The position numbers and the translations under genes were made by a program. Below the pieces are notes generated by a model. That model was not told where the DNA came from and made no database searches. It saw only the letters and a program-made list of their open reading frames with translations. A stretch of DNA of 63,063 nt, filler included, from Octopus bimaculoides (taxonomy: Eukaryota): assembly GCF_001194135.2 (NCBI RefSeq). It is 4 parts of 4 records of this genome, joined end to end, with 100 filler letters (N's around TTAATTAATTAA, not from the genome) between each part and the next. Parts side by side here need not be neighbours in the genome. Positions count along the whole stretch, not along the records: positions 1 to 19,724 come from NC_068986.1; positions 19,825 to 49,862 come from NC_069004.1; 2 more parts are not named here. One strand, 5' to 3'. Of the stretch, positions 12,736 to 23,259 are shown piece after piece. Numbering within the stretch: position 1 is the first letter of the stretch; the number at the start of each line of letters is the position of its first letter.

Positions 12736-13509
12736 NNNNNNNNNNNNNNNNNNNNNNNNNNNNNNNNNNNNNNNNNNNNNNNNNNNNNNNNNNNNNNNNN
12801 NNNNNNNNNNNNNNNNNNNNNNNNNNNNNNNNNNNNNNNNNNNNNNNNNNNNNNNNNNNNNNNNNNNNNNNNNNNNNNNNNNNNNNNNNNNNNNNNNNNN
12901 NNNNNNNNNNNNNNNNNNNNNNNNNNNNNNNNNNNNNNNNNNNNNNNNNNNNNNNNNNNNNNNNNNNNNNNNNNNNNNNNNNNNNNNNNNNNNNNNNNNN
13001 NNNNNNNNNNNNNNNNNNNNNNNNNNNNNNNNNNNNNNNNNNNNNNNNNNNNNNNNNNNNNNNNNNNNNNNNNNNNNNNNNNNNNNNNNNNNNNNNNNNN
13101 NNNNNNNNNNNNNNNNNNNNNNNNNNNNNNNNNNNNNNNNNNNNNNNNNNNNNNNNNNNNNNNNNNNNNNNNNNNNNNNNNNNNNNNNNNNNNNNNNNNN
13201 NNNNNNNNNNNNNNNNNNNNNNNNNNNNNNNNNNNNNNNNNNNNNNNNNNNNNNNNNNNNNNNNNNNNNNNNNNNNNNNNNNNNNNNNNNNNNNNNNNNN
13301 NNNNNNNNNNNNNNNNNNNNNNNNNNNNNNNNNNNNNNNNNNNNNNNNNNNNNNNNNNNNNNNNNNNNNNNNNNNNNNNNNNNNNNNNNNNNNNNNNNNN
13401 NNNNNNNNNNNNNNNNNNNNNNNNNNNNNNNNNNNNNNNNNNNNNNNNNNNNNNNNNNNNNNNNNNNNNNNNNNNNNNNNNNNNNNNNNNNNNNNNNNNN
13501 NNNNNNNNT

Positions 13510-13808
13510 TTATTGAGCGAAAACACTTAAAGCTCCACGAGGCTCCGGCAGGGGATGGTGGCGAACGCTGCTGTACTCTTTCACCACAACTTTCTCTCAT
13601 TCTTACTTCCTGTTTCTGTTGTGCCTGTAATTCAAAGGGTCAGCCTTGTCACACTGTGTCACGTTGAATATCCCCGAGAACTACGTTAAGGGTACACCTG
13701 TCTGTGGAGTGCTCAGCCCCTTGCACGTTAATTTCACGAGCAGGTTGTTCCGTTGATCGGATCAACTGGAACCCTCGACGTCGTAAGCGACGGAGTGCCA
13801 ACAACAAA
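13510..13808 (+). mobile_element. SINE family 3 body and tail
   Basis: Homologous in reverse orientation to 59509-59793; ends in a CAA-type tail. Confidence 0.7.
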
Positions 13809-14550
13809 TAACAATCATAAAGACTAAATGTTATAGCTTCAAATTTTTAAATTATTAAATACCCATAAAGACCTTTATCGATTTTATGATTCAAACTAGA
13901 CATACATACATATACAGAGTGGCCCTTACACACACAGAAACACATACATACGTACACACATCCACACATGCGTCCATATGCTTCAATAAGAAAGAAAATT
14001 TCACCGTTGTTTAGACAGGTGCTCATTTCATTCCCCTTGTACATTCCAGTCGTGTTATTTTCTGCCTCTCGTAGCGGATGGTATTTAGGGCACTACATCA
14101 CACGGAGATCTAGTCTCTTTCGACATCAGCTGAAGAAATGAAAGATCGCAGAAACATCTTGGTGTCTTGGGTGTGTAGATACTCTCACATACGTTTCTCT
14201 TACTGAAGTATGGGTGTGTGTATACACACACACAGCGCCTTGCCATTTCTGTGATGGGGAATTGTGTTACCTTTTCAACCCAAGAATGTTACGCATAAAC
14301 TTCACACTCTCTGACGATTGCACATCCATTCTTTACGATGTGATTTACATTATTTAACAAATAATCACTTCATGTTACTGAAACGTACGTAAAATGCTTT
14401 CTCGTGTTTTGCTTTGTTTTATACACACACACACACGTGTAAATAAGTATATATACAAACATATGTAAATATGTATAAATATGTACATATGAAATATATG
14501 TTTGTATAGATGGGATAATATATGCACGATATGTTAGAGCGGTGAGCTGA

Positions 14551-14610
14551 CAGAGTCGGCCCGAGGCTGTAGTAGAAAGACACTTGCCCAAGATACTGCA
14601 AAACACAACA
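14551..14610 (-). mobile_element. SINE family 1 fragment
   Basis: GGCCCGAGGCTGTAGTAGAAAGACACTTGCCCAAG matches the family 1 body. Confidence 0.6.
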
Positions 14611-15473
14611 GTGAGCCTCCCAAATCATCAGGCTGTACGGTGTTGCATAAGATTAAATATCAACGTGCCCCTGGACAAAAATGGAAGGAGGCTAAAATGT
14701 AATGGGCCAGTCGTAAGCGTTGGTAGTTGTATTAGGCTCTCCGAAAATGTAGACATTAGGAGATGAGAGAAAAGATAAATGGTACTTCCTATCTCAAAGT
14801 TCCAATGATTGTGGCAACAGTGTGTAGAGTAAGCGTGTATTAACTCTTTTCAGTGGCGCCGAATAGAAATTGTTCTTAATTCTTTGAAGAATGCTGTCGA
14901 CGTTATTTACAAAGAGACCATCTGTTCAATTTTATTAGCTTACTTCATTAGCTTAATTTAAGAGATGTCGAGTGAGCATGTGGGCTGCGCTGTTTAAATA
15001 ACTCTAGTAGTTGTGGGTGCAACCAGTATAACAGAACAGCAGTGCCGAAGATGGTACACAAGTGTGAATTAACTGGGACATTGCAAAGTATTATATATAG
15101 AAAGAGAGGGGGGAGGGAAGAGGGGGAGAGGGGGAGAGGATATAAGGGAGAAAAGAAATAAAATAAAAGGATAGATCGTAGAGGTACCTATGGTGAAATC
15201 GGCACAAACCACTGTTAGAGAAAAGCGGAGTAACATTACTTCGGGCAAAATAAAACAAGCGTGTATATTAGATATAGAGAAGTGTTTATAGACATAATTT
15301 GTATCTAATTGATAAAGATACAAAATTATGCTAATTAGAGTAGCAGAAATTTAGAATTACATCTTTTAAATGGTAATTCCAGAACTTTGACTATGACTTT
15401 CGGAATTAACAGAAAAGGAAGAACAGAATTAATGGTCACCTTAATGGAAGTCGTTATTATAACTATACTTTAA

Positions 15474-15690
15474 GGCGGCGAGCTGGCAGAATCGTTAGCA
15501 CGCCTGGCGAAGTGCTTAGTGGTATTTCGTCTGTCTACGTTCTGAGTTCAAATTCCGCCGAGGTCGACTTTGTCTTTTATTCTTTCGGGGTCGATTAAAT
15601 AAGTACCAGTTACGCACTGGGTCGATGTAATCGACTTAGTTCCTTGTTTGTCTCCTCTATGTTTAGCCTCTTCTGGGCAATAAAGAATTA
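15474..15690 (+). mobile_element. SINE family 2
   Basis: Full head GGCGGCGAGCTGGCAGAATCGTTAGCACG; AATAAAG tail. Confidence 0.85.
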
Positions 15691-15844
15691 ATTATAGCTA
15701 TACTTCGTAATTAATAAGATAAAGAATAAAAATAAGTAAGTAAAACCAGTCACTAAAATAATCATACAAAATAATATTATCAGTTTCTGTCTAAATAATG
15801 CATATTAGGTATCGGTCAAAGAAATTGAAAATAAAAATCAATAT

Positions 15845-16051
15845 TCTTTTTTGCTCAAAGACAGAAATTTTTGGGGAGGGGACCAGTCGATTAGATCGGC
15901 GCCAGTACGCAACTGTTACCTAATTTATCGACCCCGAAATGATAAGAGGTAAAGTCGACTTCGGCGGAATTTGAACGCAGAACGTAAAAACGGACGAAAT
16001 ACCGTTAAACATCTCGCCCGGCGTGCTAACGTCTCTGCCAGCTCGTCGACT
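15845..16051 (-). mobile_element. SINE family 2, inverted relative to 15474
   Basis: Reverse-complement head CGTGCTAACGTCTCTGCCAGCTCGTC at 16023-16048. Confidence 0.85.
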
Positions 16052-16741
16052 TAAAATAAAACCAATATTAGAGCGATAGAAATAAAGGATAGGAACAATG
16101 CAATTAGTATTACAAGATATGTTGATGAAGGAGGCAAGCTGGGGATCTATTTTAAAACGGGGGCCACATTTTTCATTAATGTTTTACGTAGTGTTTTTGG
16201 TACCGAAAGACTTTCAAACTTCGTATACTTATCTATTTTGTGTTATAGAACAGAAAAATATTTTTGTATTCGAATTTATTTCATGCAAAAAATTGTCTTA
16301 TTTCGATAATTTCAACCAATCACTGACAAGTATTCAGTTGTTTANNNNNNNNNNNNNNNNNNNNNNNNNNNNNNNNNNNNNNNNNNNNNNNNNNNNNNNN
16401 NNNNNNNNNNNNNNNNNNNNNNNNNNNNNNNNNNNNNNNNNNNNNNNNNNNNNNNNNNNNNNNNNNNNNNNNNNNNNNNNNNNNNNNNNNNNNNNNNNNN
16501 NNNNNNNNNNNNNNNNNNNNNNNNNNNNNNNNNNNNNNNNNNNNNNNNNNNNNNNNNNNNNNNNNNNNNNNNNNNNNNNNNNNNNNNNNNNNNNNNNNNN
16601 NNNNNNNNNNNNNNNNNNNNNNNNNNNNNNNNNNNNNNNNNNNNNNNNNNNNNNNNNNNNNNNNNNNNNNNNNNNNNNNNNNNNNNNNNNNNNNNNNNNN
16701 NNNNNNNNNNNNNNNNNNNNNNNNNNNNNNNNNNNNNNNNT

Positions 16742-16865
16742 ACGTTTTGAGTTTCATTCTTTTGGGGTTGATAAATTAAGTACCAGTTACGTACTGGAGT
16801 CGATCTAATCGACTGGCCCCTCCACCAAACTTCAGGCCTTATGCCCACAATAGAAAGGATTATAA
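16742..16865 (+). mobile_element. SINE family 2, 3' part after a gap
   Basis: GATAAATTAAGTACCAGTTACGTACTGG...CGACTGGCCCC. Confidence 0.75.
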
Positions 16866-16880
16866 GGATATGTTGATGAA

Positions 16881-17090
16881 GGCGGCGAGCTGGCAGAATC
16901 GTTAGCACGCAGAGCGAAATGCTGAGCGGTATTTCGTCCGTGTTTTGAGTTCAAGTTCGACCGAGGTCGATTTTGCCTTTCATACTTTCGAGATCGATAA
17001 AATAAGTACCAGACCAACACTGGCGGTTGATATAATCGACTTAACCCCTCCCACCAAATTGTTAATCTTGTGCCAAAATGTGAAACCAAA
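16881..17090 (+). mobile_element. SINE family 2
   Basis: Full head and body. Confidence 0.85.
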
Positions 17091-17278
17091 GTTATAAGTT
17101 AGGGTATCCTATTATATTGTCTCAACCATGACACCTTTGATGTTGCCTAAATATAAATTAAAGCAATAGAAAGTATTCAAAACTGTTGAGAGGAAGAAGG
17201 AATTAGAGTAGTAATGTTTCTAATACAGCGAGAAAAGATATAGAAGAAAATTAAAATATAAAGAAAATTCTTCGAATA

Positions 17279-17759
17279 CCGTAAATCCTCGAGTATAGTC
17301 CGCCCTTGAGTATAAGACGCAGGGGATTTTTAGGGGGGTGTACCTCTGAAAAGCCTAAACTTTGTGTATAATACGCACCCCTTCTCTAACTTGAGACAAG
17401 GAGGTCTATATAACGTCCTTGGTTTGTAAACATATATACAGTAACGTCCTTTATTATTATTGTATATATAACATAATGCTAACGTGTAGCTTTTTGGTGC
17501 ACTTTGCAGAAAATAAAGAAATAACAGTAATAACGTCAGTGAAAAATAAATATTAAGTAAATTGCCTTTATCTATTTATCACTCAGTTACAAGCCCGACA
17601 TCACAAAATGCGTCTGAATAAACATTGCCGGACAACAAATAGAGACTCGGACATTGCTTAGAAAATATTTTTTCATTTTTAACCTCGTATATAGCACGCA
17701 CTAGGGATTGACCTTTAAATTTGGGGGAAAAAATGCGGATTATACTCGAGGATTTACGG
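17279..17759. mobile_element. Non-autonomous Tc1/mariner-superfamily MITE (Tc2/pogo-type termini), 481 bp
   Basis: TIRs CCGTAAATCCTCGAGTATA(G/A)TCCGC match 24/25; TA on both sides (17277-78, 17760-61); subterminal GTATAAGACGCA-like repeats; no ORF. Confidence 0.9.
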
Positions 17760-18318
17760 TAAAATGTGGGTATTTGATCCTCAAATCAATAAATTTATTA
17801 ATACAGTTATTTGTGCATTTCAATATTTCCAGTATTTCAAAACAACAGAGATTACAACCAAACTTATTACTAATATAAAGCTTATCACATCTAGCAATGC
17901 TCTACGATAAGCGATAATCGATATATTATCTTTTAATTCTCAGCTTTTCGAGACAAGAGTCATTGACCTCACCTTATCTCGCCTTCGCATTCTTGCTTTG
18001 AAATTGCATGATGTTGCATTCTCGAAAGTTGACACTACTAAGGAAAAGCAAAGGCTTATTGTCTAGAGAGAAGAGAACAATCGAGGGCACTTGTTTCTAC
18101 TTCAACCGGCGTCATCAGTACGATAGTCTTCTAACCTTATCTCCCATAGCCGAGTGATACAGACTGAAGCCAAAAGAGTAGGGCACATGTATGGCTTAGA
18201 TTGACCTTAAGTAATAGTCTGTTCTTTTCCTTTGATGGTCTATCGAGGTTGGAGAATCCTGGATTCTCGAGATCATCGCCCCACTCCCCATTTGGAGCTA
18301 ATCTTCCGAGTTCGATTC

Positions 18319-18453
18319 CACTGCCTGGAATCGAACTCGGGATTTTGAGGCTAGTAGCCCGCTCTCTTAACCACTACGCCATATGCCCGTGGGCGTAGTG
18401 GTTAAGAGCGCGAGCTACTAACTCCAAGACTCCGAGTTCGATTCCAGGCAGTG
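18319..18453. repeat. Head-to-head inverted pair of tRNA-like SINE heads (palindrome)
   Basis: 62-bp arms 18319-18380 and 18392-18453, 54/62 complementary; each has an A box (GGCGTAGTGG) and a B box (GTTCGATTCC). Confidence 0.85.
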
Positions 18454-18921
18454 NNNNNNNNNNNNNNNNNNNNNNNNNNNNNNNNNNNNNNNNNNNNNNN
18501 NNNNNNNNNNNNNNNNNNNNNNNNNNNNNNNNNNNNNNNNNNNNNNNNNNNNNNNNNNNNNNNNNNNNNNNNNNNNNNNNNNNNNNNNNNNNNNNNNNNN
18601 NNNNNNNNNNNNNNNNNNNNNNNNNNNNNNNNNNNNNNNNNNNNNNNNNNNNNNNNNNNNNNNNNNNNNNNNNNNNNNNNNNNNNNNNNNNNNNNNNNNN
18701 NNNNNNNNNNNNNNNNNNNNNNNNNNNNNNNNNNNNNNNNNNNNNNNNNNNNNNNNNNNNNNNNNNNNNNNNNNNNNNNNNNNNNNNNNNNNNNNNNNNN
18801 NNNNNNNNNNNNNNNNNNNNNNNNNNNNNNNNNNNNNNNNNNNNNNNNNNNNNNNNNNNNNNNNNNNNNNNNNNNNNNNNNNNNNNNNNNNNNNNNNNNN
18901 NNNNNNNNNNNNNNNNNNNNN

Positions 18922-18967
<46 letters not shown>

Positions 18968-19655
18968 CACATGTAAATGCATATGGAGGGAAGGAGAGAT
19001 GGAGTGGAAGCTTAGTAATTAGGTGAACCGCAAATAACACACAACGACATAGTCCGACCTTCAGATCAATGGATCAATGCCTGATCGATATTTACCAACT
19101 TAAGAAAATTGTACAAACATGGCCCAATAAGATGTAGAACAATATTAACAAGCAGAAAACTGGCAAAGCATGAGATTGTTTCCTATAGGACGATAGTATC
19201 GGCATTAAGGACGGTGAAGTTTAGTGTTAAAATAGGGTTACGTGATAAGTAATAAAGGAAACGTGAGTTGTATGGAGAGAAATCGGTCAACAAATTGGTG
19301 AGTGAGGTGCAAAAAAAGAGCAGAGTAATAAGAGTGAAATACAGAAAACGAAAGAAAATATGAGAAAAGGAAAATGGGCGAAAGATATATATTGGAGAGG
19401 GTGAGAATGTGAGAGAATGAAGTGAGAAAGAAGGTACGCCAGTTGCAGGGAAAGTCGATCGAAACTAATATATTCTGAAAGCATTTACACCTAAGGAGCG
19501 TTTCAATTTGCAATGTTTCGGAAACATATGAAATGGTGACCGAAATAGATATAGATCTATGTATACATATACGTGTGTGTGTGTGTGTGAATGTATGTAT
19601 GTATTTATGTATGGGAGTGTCTGTGTGTAACATACATACATGCATACGCACACAG

Positions 19656-19689
<34 letters not shown>

Positions 19690-19724
19690 GTATATATATA
19701 CATACATACATATATATATATATA

Positions 19725-19824
19725 NNNNNNNNNNNNNNNNNNNNNNNNNNNNNNNNNNNNNNNNNNNNTTAATTAATTAANNNNNNNNNNNNNNNNNNNN
19801 NNNNNNNNNNNNNNNNNNNNNNNN
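19725..19824. other. Artificial 100-bp scaffold-joining linker N44-TTAATTAATTAA-N44
   Basis: Identical construct at 49863-49962 and 61773-61872; six-frame-stop 12-mer. Confidence 0.95.
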
Positions 19825-19845
19825 AGTTATAAGAATTACATGAGA

Positions 19846-20100
19846 AGAAAAAACGTTAAACACAATGAGAAACGAAAACATAAAGACGAAGACAGAAAAC
19901 GAACTCTTTTTTTGAACAACGAAAAAAAAATAGAGAAACGAGACATGCAACATAAAGAATATTTCCCTTCTTCAGTTGTCCCTGTTCCATCTACTCCGCG
20001 TTGCGAAGGCAAGGGCAATACGCGACTTCGTTGGAACAGTCCTTCCCGCAAAGCAAATTAATTACATTTGGAATTTTTTGCGGAGGGTGAAAGTGTAAAC
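19846..20100. repeat. Interspersed repeat, first of two direct copies (possibly Penelope-like pLTR)
   Basis: 19846-19999 recurs at 20717-20869. Confidence 0.55.
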
Positions 20101-20716
20101 AAGAACAGGACAGTGAGAATAAGACAGTGAAGACAAGACAAAACAGTGAAAACAAACGGTAAGGGCTGTTAGGTCAAGACGATAGAAAAATTATTATTTT
20201 GAACGTGAAGTTAGATGTGAATGAGAGACAAAAAAANNNNNNNNNNAAACAGTGAAAACAAACGGTAAGGGCTGTTAGGTCAAGACGATAGAAAAATTAT
20301 TATTTTGAACGTGAAGTTAGATGTGAATGAGAGACAAAAAAATTCACGTATTCTCTATAGGAAGGCAGGAAGTAGAAAGAAAGAATCCCTTTCGTCACGT
20401 GTCAGCGACGAGAGGGTTAAAGAGGAGGAGTGAGAGAGAGGGAACGGTGAAAGGAAGAGAAGAATAGGGGAGGGTTGGGAGAGAAAAACAGAATGTATGA
20501 AGAACAAGAGAGGGAGAGATATAGACATGGAAGGGATAGTAATAGTAGTAGAGTGCGCAGTAGAAATTATTAAGATAAAACTTACTTGGAGACTGTGCGT
20601 GGCATTCGATCATATAATAACATAAATAATATATAAATATATGCATATATCCATACATATATGTACATACCTACATCTATATGTATACATACATGCATAT
20701 ATGGGTACAGGACATC

Positions 20717-20869
20717 AGAAAAAACGTTAAACACAATGAGAAACGAAAACATAAGGACGAAGACAGAAAACGAACTTTTTTGAACAACGAAAAAAACAAA
20801 CAGAGAAACGAGACATGCAACATAAAGAATAATTCCCTTCTTCAGTTGTCCTTGTTCCATCTACTCCGC
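20717..20869. repeat. Second direct copy of 19846-19999
   Basis: Collinear near-identity with a few substitutions and indels. Confidence 0.7.
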
Positions 20870-20939
20870 ATGCGCGCGCGTGTCTATGAGCATATAAGTA
20901 GGTGTGGAAGTGTATTATATATATATATACATGTGTATT

Positions 20940-21120
20940 CGACAACTGGACTCAACACGTTTTTTTCATTCTCTCTATTTATTTCCTCTTATTCCTCCCA
21001 GTCGAAGAGCGTAGGCTCGAAATGTAAAAGACTTCTCCATTTTTTTCCAGAGCATCAAACTAATACACTTTTTGTTCGTACACCTGCCTCCGTCTTTGTT
21101 TTTTTTTATAAATTTTAACT
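20940..21120 (+). mobile_element. Penelope-like pLTR fragment with a degenerate hammerhead-like motif
   Basis: CAGTCGA-A-GAGC-GTAG-GCTC-GAAA-TGT at 20999-21025; family assignment is inferred from the motif. Confidence 0.45.
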
Positions 21121-21232
21121 ATATGCATACATATATATATATATATATTCTTTTATTCTTTTACTTATTTCAGTCATGTGANNNNNNNNNNCTGGAGAGA
21201 CAAACACAGACACACAAACATACGCGCGCGCG

Positions 21233-21270
<38 letters not shown>

Positions 21271-21299
21271 CTTATATATATTAGAAATGATACATTTCT

Positions 21300-22150
21300 A
21301 AATGTCTCAGAGAGACTTAAGCAGGAGTGATACGATAAAGTAGTTGTATACTGTCAACTTAACGTGACAGTCCTAATAAGGGAATCATACTACTGCTATT
21401 TAGCCCTAGGTAGCTGCACCGCTTCCTGTTGGCCTTGACACATTTCCTGTGTTCTTATATTTACCAGGGGGAGACAAGCACCTCCACCCAGCCAAGCCTG
21501 CATCCAGGGACATGTTTCTGAGTTTTTGCTCGTCATCAGCCTGGAATAGTATGACTTTTCTCTTTATTATAGGCATGTAGCCTGAGACAAAGAATAGACA
21601 TTACAAGGACAGACAATACAAAACGTGGGGTACATTTATCAAATGATGAATTTGAAATGGTATATTTACAATGAAAGAGTGGAATGGCTTACGAGCCCCC
21701 TAAAGCTCGCAGTTTCATTTTACGGTTCTTTAAAACAGTTTATAATCACTTTTCATCTGTTACGTGTTCTATCAAATCCTCTATTCCAATTATATTGGGC
21801 AAATTCTCGTATCGAACGTATATCTTACTTGTTTTGATCCGCTCTTTGAACTCAGTTAGCCTTTCCACTCTGTCTGCTTCCACCAAAGTTGCTCTGTGAC
21901 TTGGGTCGAGCATGTCCGTTTCTAACTTCACTCTTATCAAGTGCATATACTTTTCATTCTGGTCCATCATTAATTTTCGACGAACTGGAAAGTACTAATA
22001 TCCTTGACTGGGGATATTCTATAATTTTCTTACTACTTTCTCTCTCCTATGATGGAATACTAAGCTTATGTGAAATCCTTACTCTATGTTATGATCCACA
22101 TGCTTGGCTATTCCAGAAACAACTGTAAGCGACTGCATCTTTTTATTATA
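21300..22150 (-). mobile_element. Probable Penelope-like element remnant
   Basis: Contains a hammerhead motif and short decayed minus-strand ORF pieces (21746-21970); no RT or GIY-YIG motif seen. Confidence 0.4.
21503..21545 (-). ncRNA. Minimal type I hammerhead ribozyme motif
   Basis: Minus strand TCCAGG-CTGATGA-CGAGCAAAAACTCA-GAAA-CATG-TC-CCTGGA: perfect 6-bp stem I, complete core, palindromic ACATGT stem III, GUC cleavage triplet. Confidence 0.8.
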
Positions 22151-22212
22151 ACTACTCTACACCGTGCTTATTTATATTCCCTATTCAAATTAAGTATTTT
22201 TTTAGCGATGCT

Positions 22213-22830
22213 ACTAAAGTGACAGAGGGTGTTAGTAAGCTCCAGCATTGCTAGAAATAAGAGTCAAAACAACTCTTAGCCACGTGAGAGCACTTTTCTA
22301 ACGGTTGGCAAGAGAGACAGACTCCCTCCACACGACAAGTAAGATGGAGTCATGTCAGAGCTGATTTTAGACTTAATCAGTTTTCATCAGTGACCCATTA
22401 CTTCGTCGCCGAAGGAGTCACCTTGTGACGACCGTACTTGTTGCCTATCGGCTGTAAATTGCGAATAGCCACCTTAATAATTTATAATTCTCATTTCACT
22501 ATTTTTGAAATCGGTCGATCTTTTCTCTGGTCTTCTATTTAAAGATGACAAGGCGACTTAGGTTCTTTAACGTTCGGTGACGGGGTAATAGGTCACTGAT
22601 GAAGATTAATTAAATCTTAAATCAGTGCCGATATGAATCCATCTCGCTTATCATAGGGAGGGAGCCTGTGTCCCTTGTCAGCCGTTAGAAAAGTGCTCTC
22701 ATGTGGCTAAGAGTTGTTTTGACTCTTTTCTCTAGCAATGCTGGTGCTTACTAGCACCCTCCGTCATTTTAGTGACGACTGTACTTGTCTATCAGTTCTA
22801 AATTACGAATAGCCACCTTAATAGTTTATA
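22213..22830. mobile_element. Combined inverted and direct repeat structure (Penelope-like pLTR architecture)
   Basis: About 188-bp inverted arms at 22213-22400 and 22586-22773; about 60-bp direct repeat at 22425-22487 and 22772-22830; ends in (TA)n. Confidence 0.6.
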
Positions 22831-22844
22831 TATATATATAAGTT

Positions 22845-23115
22845 CAAAAAAGGAAAAAGACAAGAAAACAACAACAAAAAACAACGTGAGGACGTGATAC
22901 AGATTATGTTACTAGACGCTCGGGAAAGGAAAGAGAGAGAATATGACGTTTCGAGCGGAGCTCTTCGTCGGAAACAAGGAAAGTCCAAAGAAGGGAAAAA
23001 CGGAAGAAGAAAAAATCGCCACCGATGTCCACGAGGTTACAATGTGGAAGGACCGGAAGGGGAAGGGGTGGAGGAAAAGTTCTTTCTAAGACAGAAGAGT
23101 GCAAGAGGGAGGTAA
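22845..23115 (-). mobile_element. Penelope-like pLTR fragment with a degenerate hammerhead-like motif
   Basis: Minus strand CCGACGA-A-GAGC-TCC-GCTC-GAAA-CG-TC at 22945-22971. Confidence 0.45.
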
Positions 23116-23259
23116 GTATGTGTGCGTGCGCGCGGGTCCGTGTGTGTGTGGTTTGGCTATTTATCTGTTAGTGTGAGTGTGTGTTTTTGTGTGTGTGTGT
23201 TTGTCGTGTGACGTTGTGGAAGGAATTAGTAGCAGGAAAAAATTGGGAGTGGTTGTGGA

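Noticed and set aside
18085-18122. Minus-strand CTGATGA...GAAA hammerhead-like core
   Set aside because: Stem I and the UH cleavage site are absent and stem II is not paired; at best a decayed relic
19769-19780. TTAATTAATTAA islands inside gaps as a biological motif
   Set aside because: Fixed 44-N padding on both sides in all three cases shows a synthetic linker
20140-20345. Direct duplication around a 10-N gap (also 25013-25110 and 62495-62602)
   Set aside because: Identical copies flanking a minimal gap are unmerged contig overlaps, an assembly artefact
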